Assembly: GCA_016218805.1 (NCBI GenBank) | Contig: JACRCW010000065.1 | Coordinates: 62,001-94,039 of the forward strand | Direction of reading: 5' to 3' | DNA from: Deltaproteobacteria bacterium | GTDB lineage: Bacteria > Myxococcota > JACRCW01 | Length of the DNA stretch: 32,039 bases | In this document: positions 10,094-19,402 of the stretch, piece by piece | Numbering within the stretch: position 1 is the first letter of the stretch | How the letters are laid out: each line of letters opens with the position of its first letter | The notes under the pieces: model-generated | Told to the model about the DNA's origin: nothing | What the model saw: only the letters and a program-made list of their open reading frames with translations | Database searches by the model: none | Program-made: the position numbers and the translations under genes

Positions 10094-10941
10094 GTGGCGC
10101 CCTGCAGACCTTCCGCCGGCCGGTGGAAGCCGCCGCGCTGGTGCTGGCCGCCGGCGCGCTGTGGTGCGGCGCCGCTGACGGCGAGCCGCTGCCCCCGGGA
10201 ACCCAGCTGGAACAGCTCACGCTGCCCACGCTGGACGGCGGCAAGGCCGAGCTGATGGGTAGAAACGCCAAGGTCAACGTGGTGCTGTTCTTCCGCCCGG
10301 GCCAGGAGTTCTCCGCGCTGGTCCTCAAGGACCTGGCCGCGTGCGAGCAGGAGATGGCGGGCAAGCCGGTGCACTTTGCCGCGGTGGTGACGGACCAGTA
10401 CCCCGGCGCCGACGTGCAGGCCGCGGTTACCGCCGCCGGCGTGAAAATGCCCGTGTTTGTGGACGGGGGCGCCGCGCTCAGTGGCCGCTACAAGGTCATC
10501 CAGAACCCCGCCATGGCGGTGATTGACGGGAAGCTGAAACTGGTGGTCTTTGTGCCGTACACCAAGAACCACGCGCAGGTGATCCGCGCCCGCATCCGCC
10601 ACGCACTGGGCGAGCTCACCGACGCCGAGCTGGACACCATCCTCCACCCGCCCAGCCAGCAGGCCGGCGGCCTGGAGGGCGCCGCCGCGCATCGCCACCT
10701 CAAGCTCGCGGAGCGGCTGCTGGCGGCGGGCAACGCGGAGAAGGCGGCGGATTCGGCCCGCAAGGCGCTGGACAAGGACCCCAACCTGGCCGACGCGCAT
10801 GCGCTGTTGGGCGCCGCGTTGGCGCTGGGCGGGGACTGCGCCGGGGCGCGCAAGGCGTTTGACGCCGCGCTGGCGCTGGACAAACAGAATGCCCGTGCCC
10901 TCCAGGGCCGGAAGGAATGCGAGGGCGGAGCCAAGAGGTGA
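10090..10941 (+). CDS. Exported thioredoxin-fold (redoxin-like, no CxxC) protein with C-terminal TPR
   Basis: ATGA overlap with cytochrome 1; signal peptide; LPTLDGG...VVLFFRPGQEFS...MPVFVD...NPAMAVID redoxin pattern; TPR helices DPNLADAHALLG. Confidence 0.8.
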   Translation: MSGALQTFRRPVEAAALVLAAGALWCGAADGEPLPPGTQLEQLTLPTLDGGKAELMGRNAKVNVVLFFRPGQEFSALVLKDLAACEQEMAGKPVHFAAVVTDQYPGADVQAAVTAAGVKMPVFVDGGAALSGRYKVIQNPAMAVIDGKLKLVVFVPYTKNHAQVIRARIRHALGELTDAELDTILHPPSQQAGGLEGAAAHRHLKLAERLLAAGNAEKAADSARKALDKDPNLADAHALLGAALALGGDCAGARKAFDAALALDKQNARALQGRKECEGGAKR

Positions 10942-10944
10942 CCC

Positions 10945-13185
10945 ATGGGCGCAACAACGGACCCCACGCTGGCAGCGGTTGACGCGGTTCAACCCGCGGA
11001 CGGCGGCGTGTATGGTCCGCGCCCGCCGGAGGGGCCTGGGGCCGCCATGTTTGAGCCCATGAAGACTGGCATGTCGCTCCCGCCCGCCGGCGTGCCGTTC
11101 GGGAAATACCGGTTGGACTACCGGCTGGGGCAGGGCGGCATGGGCGAGGTGTTCAAGGGTCACCTCGTGGGGCTGGGCGGGTTTGACAAGACGGTGGTGA
11201 TCAAACGCATCCTGCGCTCGCACCTGGCGGACCCTGAGTTCGTCAACATGTTTCTCGACGAGGCGCGCCTGGTCGCGCTGCTGTCGCATCCCAACATTGC
11301 GCAGGTGTTTGAGATTGATGCGTTCCAGGGGCTGCCCTACCTGGCCATGGAGTACGTGGCCGGGCCCACGTTCTTTGGAATGATCCGCGAAGCCCACCGC
11401 CGTCACGACGTGCGCATGGGCTGCATTGCCAAGATCATGTCCAAGGTCTGTGACGGCTTGCACCACGCCCACAACGCGCGGGATGGGAGCGGGCAGCCGC
11501 TGGGGATTGTCCACCGTGACGTGAGCCCGCCCAACATCCTGGTGTCCGTGGAGGGCGTGCCCAAACTGGTGGACTTTGGCGTGGCCATGGCGCGCGGGCG
11601 CATGTCCAGCAGTTCGCCGGGGCTGGTGAAGGGCAAGCTGCGCTACGTGGCCCCTGAACAGATCCGCGGCGAGCCGCTCTGCGGGCGCGCGGACGTGTTC
11701 TCCGCCGGCGTGTGCCTTTACGAAGCCACCACCGGGCGGCGCCCCTTTGACGGCAAGAGCGAGGCGGAGATCATGCACGCCGTGCTGGAGGGGCGCTTTG
11801 TGAAGCCCTCCAAGCTGGTCTCTGAGTACCCGCCGGAGCTGGAGGCCGTTGTCAATTGGGCGCTCAAGACGGACCCCGCGCAGCGCTGCCCGTCCGCCAA
11901 GGCCATGCAGGAGGCGCTGGAGTCGTTTGTCACCGAGGGCGAATACCGCGCCAGGACGCAGGACGTGGCGGAGTGGATTGCGCAGCTGTTCCCGGACACG
12001 GGCCAGCAGCCGGAACTGCGCTACGTGGCCCCGCGCACGCAGGAGCCCTCGCCCTCGCCGCGGGCCGCCACACCCTCACCCGCCCCCGGCGCGCCGGCTC
12101 CCGTCTCCCTGCCCCCGCCGCTGCCCGCGGACTCGGTCACCGCCGAGCCCACCGCCCCCATGGCCGCACCGCCCACCGCCGCGGTGTGGGACGCCGAACC
12201 CGGTCCCCCTGCGCCCGCCCGGGATGCCCCCTCGCCGCCCGAGGTCAGCGTGCCCGGCTTTGCAGTGGAAGACGACATGGTGCAGGCGGTGGAGGCCGCA
12301 CCCGCGCCGGAGGCGCCCGCGCTCCCGCCGGTGGACGAAGACGCCCGGCGCAGCGCCTGGCGGGTCATGCTGGGCGTGGGCAGCGCGGCGGTCGTCGTGG
12401 GTGGCCTGTGGGTGGCCGGCGCCAGCGTGGTCATCTGGGCGGCGTATCAGCAGCACGGCAGCTCGCCGGTTGCGGCGGTGGAGGAACTCGCCCGGAACGA
12501 GCACCGCACGCCCGCACCCGCCCGCGAACCTCCGGCCCCCGTCGCCCCGGCCCCCGTTGCCCTGGCAGCCGTTGCCCCTGCCCCCGTCGCCCCGGCCGCG
12601 CCCGTGGCAAACGCAGCACCTGAGCCACCGCCCGCCGCCGAACCGCCCGCACCTGCCGCCGACGAGGCGCTGCCCCCCGCTGCGGCAGAAGCCGCGCCGC
12701 CCGTCGAGGTCCCTGCGCCCGCGCCCGCTGCGCGCGCTGAGCCGCGCAAGGCTGAGCCGCGCCGGAGCCCGGAGCCGGCCGCCAGGCCCCGCAAGAAGGG
12801 CCGCCCGGAGGCTGCCGCCGCCTCTGACCCGTCACCCACGCCGCCGGCGCCTGCGCCGCAGCCCGCTGCAGCGGCTGCCCCGGAGGAGCGCGATGTTGCC
12901 GCCACGCCGAGCGAGGGCGTGGTGCAGGACCCCAACATGGCGCGCAACACGCTGCACCTGGCCCAGATGCTGTTCAACAACGGCGCGCTGCCCAAGGCGC
13001 TGCGCACCGCCCGGCGCGCCGCTGGGCAGGATCCGTCGTTTGCTGCGGCGCACGCGCTGGTGGGCGCCATCCTGGCCGCGCAGGGCGAATGCCCCGCCGC
13101 GCGCCAGGCATTCCAGACGGCGCTGGCCCTGGACCGCGCGGACAAGGTGGCCCGGGAGGGCCTGGCGTCCTGCGTTGACCGCTGA
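10945..13185 (+). CDS. Hanks-type Ser/Thr protein kinase, single TM, Pro/Ala-rich linkers, C-terminal TPR
   Basis: LGQGGMGEV, VVIKRI, HRDVSPPNIL, DFG, APE; TM VMLGVGSAAVVVGGLWVAGASVVIWAAY; start may lie slightly downstream. Confidence 0.95.
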   Translation: MGATTDPTLAAVDAVQPADGGVYGPRPPEGPGAAMFEPMKTGMSLPPAGVPFGKYRLDYRLGQGGMGEVFKGHLVGLGGFDKTVVIKRILRSHLADPEFVNMFLDEARLVALLSHPNIAQVFEIDAFQGLPYLAMEYVAGPTFFGMIREAHRRHDVRMGCIAKIMSKVCDGLHHAHNARDGSGQPLGIVHRDVSPPNILVSVEGVPKLVDFGVAMARGRMSSSSPGLVKGKLRYVAPEQIRGEPLCGRADVFSAGVCLYEATTGRRPFDGKSEAEIMHAVLEGRFVKPSKLVSEYPPELEAVVNWALKTDPAQRCPSAKAMQEALESFVTEGEYRARTQDVAEWIAQLFPDTGQQPELRYVAPRTQEPSPSPRAATPSPAPGAPAPVSLPPPLPADSVTAEPTAPMAAPPTAAVWDAEPGPPAPARDAPSPPEVSVPGFAVEDDMVQAVEAAPAPEAPALPPVDEDARRSAWRVMLGVGSAAVVVGGLWVAGASVVIWAAYQQHGSSPVAAVEELARNEHRTPAPAREPPAPVAPAPVALAAVAPAPVAPAAPVANAAPEPPPAAEPPAPAADEALPPAAAEAAPPVEVPAPAPAARAEPRKAEPRRSPEPAARPRKKGRPEAAAASDPSPTPPAPAPQPAAAAAPEERDVAATPSEGVVQDPNMARNTLHLAQMLFNNGALPKALRTARRAAGQDPSFAAAHALVGAILAAQGECPAARQAFQTALALDRADKVAREGLASCVDR

Positions 13186-13253
13186 TTGTTCGCCATGGCG
13201 CACGGTTTTCGCGTGCCCCGTGCGGCCCTCCGCGCCATGGCGCGGCGTGGGCG

Positions 13254-13269
13254 TGACACGGTTCTTGCT
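13254..13269 (+). promoter_or_regulatory. sigma54-like -24/-12 element upstream of cytochrome gene 2
   Basis: TGACACGGTTCTTGCT, identical to 8862-8877. Confidence 0.55.
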
Positions 13270-13335
13270 TTTCCCGCCCGGCTTTCCGGCGTAGACCCCC
13301 GCTCTGCCGCCTGCATGGCATGGCACGAGGAACCC

Positions 13336-14541
13336 GTGACCACGACACGACACGGTCTTTGCGTCCGTCCCACCCTGGCCCTTCTGGCCGCGGTGCTGCT
13401 GTTCACACTTCCCGTCGCCGCCGCCGCGCCCAAGGGAGGGGGCGGGAAGAAGGGTGCGCCGCCGCCCGCCGCCGCCGCCAAGAAGCCAGAGGCGCCCAAG
13501 CCCGCCGCGCCGCCGCCCGCGCCCGCCAAGCAGGCCGAGCCACCCGCCAAGGCCCCGGCACCGGCCGCCGCGCCCCCGGCCAAGAAGCTCCCCGCGCTGG
13601 CCAAGGGCGCGGTGGCCCCGGTCAAGGACGGCGCCACCACCATCCACCCGCCGTTTGAAGAGGGGGATTGCAGCGCCTGCCACACCGGCACGGATGCCCA
13701 GGACCCGGGCCCGCTCAAGGGTGACATGAAGGAGCTGTGCTTTGAGTGCCACGAGGGCCACAAGGAGTTCCTGGAGAAGCCGTCCCAGCACGTGCCCTTC
13801 AATGAGGGCTGCACCTATTGCCACAACCCGCACAACTCGGTGGCCCCGGCGCTGCTGCGGGACACCATGGACACGCTGTGCCTGTCCTGCCACGACACGG
13901 TGAAGAACGCGCTGGCCACCGCGGTGAAGCACGGCCCCGCCGTCGAGGGAAAGAAGTGCCTCAATTGCCACGCGCCACACGGCGGGGATTTCAAGCCGTT
14001 GCTGGATAAAGAGCAGTTTGACCTGTGCCTGGGCTGCCATGACAAGGACGACGTCAAGGACCGCCGCGGCATGGTGCTGACCAACATCAAGCAGCGCCTG
14101 GATGCCAACGCGGAGTGGCACGCGCCCGTCGGCGCCAAGGAATGCGTCACCTGCCACAGCCCGCACGGCAGCCCCTCCTTCCGGATGCTGGCCAACACCT
14201 TCCCTGCCCGCTTCCATGAAGGCTACGCCAAGGAGAAGTACGGCCTGTGCTTTGACTGCCACAATGACCAGCTGGCGGCGAACCCGACGACGGATTCGGA
14301 CACCGAGTTCCGCGATGGCACGCGCAACCTGCACTACGTGCACGTGAACAAGAAGGAGCTGGGCCGGACCTGCCGCGCCTGCCATGACTTCCACGCGGTC
14401 AAGGGGCCCAGCATGATCACCGACGGCGTGAAGTTCGGCCGCAAGGGCTGGGTGCTGAAGGTGCAATTTGAAAAGAACGACGACGGCGGCAGCTGCGCCA
14501 AGAGCTGTCATTCGGCCAAGAGCTACCGCCGCGGGAAGTGA
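13336..14541 (+). CDS. Periplasmic multiheme (10-heme) cytochrome c, paralog of 8939-10093
   Basis: Nine CxxCH (CSACH, CFECH, CTYCH, CLSCH, CLNCH, CLGCH, CVTCH, CFDCH, CRACH) plus CAKSCH; shared EFRDGxRNLH and [11 protein letters not shown] start after GAGG inferred. Confidence 0.92.
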   Translation: MTTTRHGLCVRPTLALLAAVLLFTLPVAAAAPKGGGGKKGAPPPAAAAKKPEAPKPAAPPPAPAKQAEPPAKAPAPAAAPPAKKLPALAKGAVAPVKDGATTIHPPFEEGDCSACHTGTDAQDPGPLKGDMKELCFECHEGHKEFLEKPSQHVPFNEGCTYCHNPHNSVAPALLRDTMDTLCLSCHDTVKNALATAVKHGPAVEGKKCLNCHAPHGGDFKPLLDKEQFDLCLGCHDKDDVKDRRGMVLTNIKQRLDANAEWHAPVGAKECVTCHSPHGSPSFRMLANTFPARFHEGYAKEKYGLCFDCHNDQLAANPTTDSDTEFRDGTRNLHYVHVNKKELGRTCRACHDFHAVKGPSMITDGVKFGRKGWVLKVQFEKNDDGGSCAKSCHSAKSYRRGK

Positions 14542-14593
14542 GCCGGCGGTCGTGGCGCGACGCCGCCGCGTTGGTGCTAGGGTGCGCGCGCCC

Positions 14594-16147
14594 ATGGCCG
14601 CCCCCCTTGAATCCCAGCCCGTCCTCATCCTGGACTTCGGTTCCCAGACGAGCCAGCTCATTGCGCGGCGCGTCCGCGAGCTGCGCATCTACTCCGAGCT
14701 GGTCCCGCACACGGTCACGGCGGCGGAGGTCCGCAAGCGCCACCCGGCGGCCATCATCCTGTCCGGTGGGCCGGCCAGCGTGTACCAGGAGGGCGCGCCC
14801 ACGGCGGACCCGGACATCCTGGAACTGGGCATTCCCGTGCTGGGCATCTGCTACGGCTGCCAATGGATGGCGCGCGCGCTGGGTGGGACGGTGGAGCGCG
14901 CCGCCCACCGTGAGTTTGGCCGCGCCGAGATTGAAATACGCGAGTCCGTGGAGATCTTTGCCACGCTGGGGCCGGGCAAGCACCCGGTGTGGATGAGCCA
15001 CGGCGACCAGGTGGAGAAGCTGCCGCGCGGCTTCACCGTGCTGGCGCACACGCCCACCTGCCCGCACGCCGCCCTGGGCTGGCGCGCGCGCAAGCTGTAC
15101 GGCGTGCAGTTCCACCCGGAGGTGGTGCACACGCCCATTGGCCGGGACGTGCTGGAGAGCTTCCTGGTGCGCGTGGCCGGCGTGCCGCAGCAGTGGCGCA
15201 TGGCGGACATTGTGGGGCAGAGCGTGGCCCGCATCCGTGAACAGGTGGGCGAGGGCCGCGTGGTGTGCGCGCTGAGCGGCGGCGTGGATTCCGCGGTGAC
15301 CGCGGCGCTGGTGCACCGGGCCATTGGGGACCGGCTCACGTGCGTGTTTGTGGACAACGGCGTGCTGCGCCACGGCGAAGTGGAGCGGGTGCGGCAGGTG
15401 TTTGTGGACGCCTTCCGCATGGACCTGCGCGTGGTGGACGCGCGGGACCGCTTCCTGGACAAGCTCAAGGGCGTCACGGACCCCGAGGAGAAGCGCAAGC
15501 GCATCGGCGCGGAGTTCATTGCCGTGTTTGACGCGGAGTCCGAGCGCCTGAGCGGCGTCACCCACCTGGCGCAGGGCACGCTGTACCCGGACGTCATTGA
15601 AAGCGTGTCCAACAAGGGGCCGTCGGCGGTCATCAAGACGCACCACAACGTGGGCGGGCTGCCCAAGAAAATGAAACTCAAGCTGGTGGAACCGTTGCGG
15701 GAGCTGTTCAAGGACGAAGTGCGCGCGCTGGGCGAGGAACTGGGCCTGCCGCGCTCGCTCATCCGGCGGCAGCCCTTTCCCGGCCCGGGCCTGGCCATCC
15801 GCGTGCTGGGCGAGGTGACCGCGCCGCGCCTGGCGCTGGTGCGCGCCGCCGACGTGGTGGTGCAGGAGGAGATTGAGGCCGCCGGCCTGGCGGAAGGCAT
15901 GTGGCAGGCCTTTGCCGTGCTGCTGCCGGTGCGCAGCGTGGGGGTCATGGGGGATGGCCGGACCTATGAGGAGACCGTGGCCATCCGCGCGGTCACCAGC
16001 GAAGACGGCATGACCGCGGACTGGGCGTGGCTCCCGCGGGACGTGCTGGACCGCATCTCCAGCCGCATCATCAACCAGGTGCGCGGGGTCAATCGCGTGG
16101 TGATGGACATCACAAGCAAGCCGCCGGGCACCATTGAGTGGGAGTGA
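14594..16147 (+). CDS. guaA: GMP synthase (glutamine-hydrolysing)
   Basis: [47 protein letters not shown]-terminal KPPGTIEWE. Confidence 0.98.
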   Translation: MAAPLESQPVLILDFGSQTSQLIARRVRELRIYSELVPHTVTAAEVRKRHPAAIILSGGPASVYQEGAPTADPDILELGIPVLGICYGCQWMARALGGTVERAAHREFGRAEIEIRESVEIFATLGPGKHPVWMSHGDQVEKLPRGFTVLAHTPTCPHAALGWRARKLYGVQFHPEVVHTPIGRDVLESFLVRVAGVPQQWRMADIVGQSVARIREQVGEGRVVCALSGGVDSAVTAALVHRAIGDRLTCVFVDNGVLRHGEVERVRQVFVDAFRMDLRVVDARDRFLDKLKGVTDPEEKRKRIGAEFIAVFDAESERLSGVTHLAQGTLYPDVIESVSNKGPSAVIKTHHNVGGLPKKMKLKLVEPLRELFKDEVRALGEELGLPRSLIRRQPFPGPGLAIRVLGEVTAPRLALVRAADVVVQEEIEAAGLAEGMWQAFAVLLPVRSVGVMGDGRTYEETVAIRAVTSEDGMTADWAWLPRDVLDRISSRIINQVRGVNRVVMDITSKPPGTIEWE

Positions 16148-16299
16148 ACCTACAGGGTGCTCCGAAACGGATCAGGAGTGTGACGGGCGTACTTGCATGG
16201 GAAAGCCGGAAAGGTGAATGTGCGCCCCGGCCGGGCGTCCAAACGCGTGTGAGCCCCCGCCGGGAGGCGGCGAAGCAGGGGCGGCACCACCGGTGAAAG

Positions 16300-16315
16300 G
16301 CGTCACATGTGACGC
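16300..16315. promoter_or_regulatory. Perfect 16-bp palindrome, putative TF site
   Basis: GCGTCACATGTGACGC in the 310-bp intergenic region upstream of the envelope cluster. Confidence 0.4.
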
Positions 16316-16457
16316 GCGGCACCAAGAAGTTCTTCAAGCGGTTCCGGTGGAGATTTTTTTGACGGGAGTGGTTGGCGGAGTCCCGCGGGTTTTTTTCTGG
16401 AGACCAGACAGAGGCGGGTTGGCCAGGGTCAGGCTGCCGCCGCGTGGAGAGGAAGCA

Positions 16458-17285
16458 ATGCGGAGCGTCAGTGGCATCTTGAGGTGGGCGGCGGCTGCAG
16501 GAGCGCTGGTGGTGGCCATGGCGGCGGCCCACGCGGCGGAGGCGGGCAGTGGCGCGGTGCAGAAGATTGGGCACGGCGAAATCAACTGGACCGACCAGTA
16601 CGTGGTGGCAACCGGGAGCGGCGCACCGCCTCCGGGCGCCGTGAATGTGGCCCAGGCGCGCCTGGCCGCGGAACGCGCGGCCAAGATGGATGCCTTCCGC
16701 AACATCCTGGAGGTGCTCAAGGGCGCCCAGGTGACGGCGAAGAGCACCGGCGCCGACGAAATGAGCAATGGCACCATCAAGAGCAAGGTGGAAGGTGTCA
16801 TCAAGAACTTCAAGGTCGTGGACACCAAGTACTATTCGGACGGCAGCGTGGATGTCATTGTCCGCGTGGAGCTCAAGGGCGACCTGTCTGACGCCCTGGT
16901 GCCGGACGCGGCCAAGCCCGTGGCGGTGCCCGCGGCGGGTGCGGCCAAGAACAGCGGCCTGATTGTCAACGCCAAGGGCCTGCAGGCAGTCCCGGCCATG
17001 GCGCCACGCATTGTGGATGAGGCCGGCAACGAAATCTACGGCGTCAACGTGGTCACGGAAGCGGCGGCCAAGGAGAGCGGCATTGCCGGCTACGTGAAGG
17101 ACCTGGACAGCGCGCAGGGGCACAGCCGGGTGAAGGGCACCCCGGTGGTGGTCCGCGCCATCCGCCTGGCCACGCCCGGCAAGAGCGACCTGGTCATCAG
17201 CAACGCTGACGCGGAGAAGCTGAAGGACCCGAACTCCAACCAGTCCTACCTTGCGCAGGGCAAGGTCATCATCGTGATTGACTGA
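16458..17285 (+). CDS. Exported LPP20-like domain protein
   Basis: Signal peptide ending AHA; INWT...VATGSG...ARLAAERAAKMDAFRNILEVLKG pattern; GAGG RBS. Confidence 0.65.
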   Translation: MRSVSGILRWAAAAGALVVAMAAAHAAEAGSGAVQKIGHGEINWTDQYVVATGSGAPPPGAVNVAQARLAAERAAKMDAFRNILEVLKGAQVTAKSTGADEMSNGTIKSKVEGVIKNFKVVDTKYYSDGSVDVIVRVELKGDLSDALVPDAAKPVAVPAAGAAKNSGLIVNAKGLQAVPAMAPRIVDEAGNEIYGVNVVTEAAAKESGIAGYVKDLDSAQGHSRVKGTPVVVRAIRLATPGKSDLVISNADAEKLKDPNSNQSYLAQGKVIIVID

Positions 17286-17320
17286 CCGTGGTGGCACCAC
17301 GCAAGTCAGGGAGGCTTGTC

Positions 17321-18481
17321 ATGCGCAACAAGGCATTCATCAGTGCAACGGCGTTGGCGCTCTGCGTGGCCACCACGGCCCGCGCCGAGGACGAGAAAAC
17401 GGTCACCGTCACGGGGCAGGCGGCCATCGTCAACGGGGACCAGAAGGGCGCCACGGAGAAGGCCCGCCGGGATGCGTTCCGGCTGGCGGTGGAGCAGGTG
17501 GGCGGCGTGCAGCTGGCCAGCTCCACGGTGGTCAAGAACTTCATGATGACCTCGGACGTCGTGCGGTCACAGGCGGACGGGTTTGTGAAGGCCCACGAGG
17601 ACAAGGAAGTGAAGTGTGATGCCAGCGTCTGCTCGGTGACCGCGGCGGTGACCGTGGCCAAGAGCGGCGTGGACAGCTTCTACAACCTGATGCTCATGCA
17701 GGCGGGTCACCCCAAGGTGGCGTTTGTCATCGCGGAGCGGATGGCGGGTCAGACGGACTTTTCGCTGGCCAACCAGGAGCGCGGCAAGAGCGAGAACATG
17801 CTGACGGACTATTTCATTGAGCGCGGCATGAAGGTGGTGGACTTTGGGGGCATGACGGGCGTCAACCTGTCCGGCGCCGCGGCCTCCGGTGAACTGAGCG
17901 CGGCCGACGCCGACAAGCTGGCCGACAAGGCGGACGCGCAGTACGTGGTGCTGGGCAAGGTGGTGGGCGTGGACGCCGGGCCGATCATGATCCAGGGCCT
18001 GCGCTCCTACAACATGACCTTCACGCTCAAGATGTTCTCCACCGCCACCCATGAGATTGTGGCGACGGTGACCAAGAGCAACGCCATCCCGTGCATCAGC
18101 CCCAACCTGGCGCCCGTGTCGTGCATGAGCCTGTACCGGGCGCGCGTGGTGGAGCCGGCCGCGCAGGAACTGCTCAACAAGACGGCCAAGTCATTCCAGC
18201 AGCAGGTGACCGGCGAGCGGCGTGTGCAGGTGCGGGCCAAGGTGGCCAGCTTTGCGGCGCTCAACGGGTTTGTGAAGGCGCTGCAGGGCGGGGCCATTGG
18301 CGGCATCAAGGACGTGCAGCAGCGCACGTTCAAGGACGGCAAGGCCACGCTGGATCTGCAGTTGGAAGGCGGGGACGTGAACTACCTGGCCGGTGAGCTG
18401 TCCTCCAAGAAGGTCGGCGGTTCCACGGTTGAGGTGACGGGCGTCAACAACGACCTCATCGAGATCGAAATCAAGAAGTGA
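17321..18481 (+). CDS. Exported protein with FlgT N-terminal-like domain
   Basis: Signal peptide ending ARA; VTVTGQAAI...ARRDAFRLAVEQVGGVQLASSTVVKNF pattern; GGAGG RBS. Confidence 0.65.
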   Translation: MRNKAFISATALALCVATTARAEDEKTVTVTGQAAIVNGDQKGATEKARRDAFRLAVEQVGGVQLASSTVVKNFMMTSDVVRSQADGFVKAHEDKEVKCDASVCSVTAAVTVAKSGVDSFYNLMLMQAGHPKVAFVIAERMAGQTDFSLANQERGKSENMLTDYFIERGMKVVDFGGMTGVNLSGAAASGELSAADADKLADKADAQYVVLGKVVGVDAGPIMIQGLRSYNMTFTLKMFSTATHEIVATVTKSNAIPCISPNLAPVSCMSLYRARVVEPAAQELLNKTAKSFQQQVTGERRVQVRAKVASFAALNGFVKALQGGAIGGIKDVQQRTFKDGKATLDLQLEGGDVNYLAGELSSKKVGGSTVEVTGVNNDLIEIEIKK

Positions 18482-18496
18482 GCGTTTCTGCCTCCT

Positions 18497-18524
18497 GGGA
18501 GTCCCGCTCCAACGCGGGACTCCC
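18497..18524. other. Intergenic GC hairpin (mRNA stability or weak terminator)
   Basis: GGGAGTCCCGC-TCCAAC-GCGGGACTCCC, 11-bp stem with no U tract. Confidence 0.5.
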
Positions 18525-18562
18525 GGGGTGCAGGTCTCCAATCCGTACAGCGAGGTTGTGCC

Positions 18563-19375
18563 ATGAAGACGGCGGGATGGGTTGGCAGGGGGGTGGCCGC
18601 GGCCACCGTGGGGCTGGCGGCGTGGCTGCTGCCGGTGACGGACAGCCAGGCGGCCAAGCCCGCAGCGGCGGCGCAGGGCGGCGTGGCCGGCAAGGTCACC
18701 TTCCTCAAGGGCAGCGCGCAGCGCGGCGCCAAGGAGAACGGGCCGTTCAAGCCGCTCAAGCGCAATGACGACCTGCGCGAGGGCGAGTACGTCAAGACGG
18801 CGGCGGACACGCGGCTGGAAGTGAAACTGGCGGACGGTTCCCTGGTGCGGCTGGCGCCCAACAGCGCGCTGCGCATGGGCACCGCCAAGGCGGCCGAGAC
18901 CGGGGACAATGAGAAGGCGCAGGCCAAGCTCACCGCGGGCAAGCTGTGGGCGTCCGTCACCAAGGGGGTGGGGTCGCAGAACAAGTTCGCCGTGCGCACG
19001 GAGAATGCCGTGGCCGGCGTGCGCGGCACCACGTTCCGGGTGAACGCCGAGACGGACGGTTCCACCGTGGTCAAGGTCTACGAAGGCGCCGTGGCCGTCT
19101 CCAACGGGCCCATGGTGGAGAAGCAGAAGGCGGGCGGCGGCAAGGGCCCCATAGACTTCAAGGGGCGCAAGGAAGTGGCCGCCCCGTTCAAGGAGGTCAC
19201 CCTGCAGGAGTGGGAGAAGATTGTTGGCAAGATGATGGGCATCAAGGTGGCCGCCAACGGTGAACAGGCGGAACCGGCGGCGTTCACCGCGGAGAACGAC
19301 GCGGCCGACAAGGAAGACGCCGACTGGGTGGCGTGGAACCAGGAGCAGGACAAGACCGCTGACACGCCGCAGTGA
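18563..19375 (+). CDS. FecR-domain exported protein
   Basis: LREGEYVKT...LEVKLADGSLVRLAPNS...LTAGKLW...VRTENAVAGVRGTTFRV...VKVYEGAVAV. Confidence 0.88.
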   Translation: MKTAGWVGRGVAAATVGLAAWLLPVTDSQAAKPAAAAQGGVAGKVTFLKGSAQRGAKENGPFKPLKRNDDLREGEYVKTAADTRLEVKLADGSLVRLAPNSALRMGTAKAAETGDNEKAQAKLTAGKLWASVTKGVGSQNKFAVRTENAVAGVRGTTFRVNAETDGSTVVKVYEGAVAVSNGPMVEKQKAGGGKGPIDFKGRKEVAAPFKEVTLQEWEKIVGKMMGIKVAANGEQAEPAAFTAENDAADKEDADWVAWNQEQDKTADTPQ

Positions 19376-19402
19376 GGTGTCTGCCAAGCGGTGCAGGACC
19401 GG

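Noticed and set aside
8908..16143. TGAGTGGGA shared between 8908-8916 and the guaA 3' end, as a possible att duplication
   Set aside because: guaA-associated islands lie downstream of the gene; this copy is upstream, only 9 bp, GAGTGGGA also occurs at 19208, and no integrase is present.
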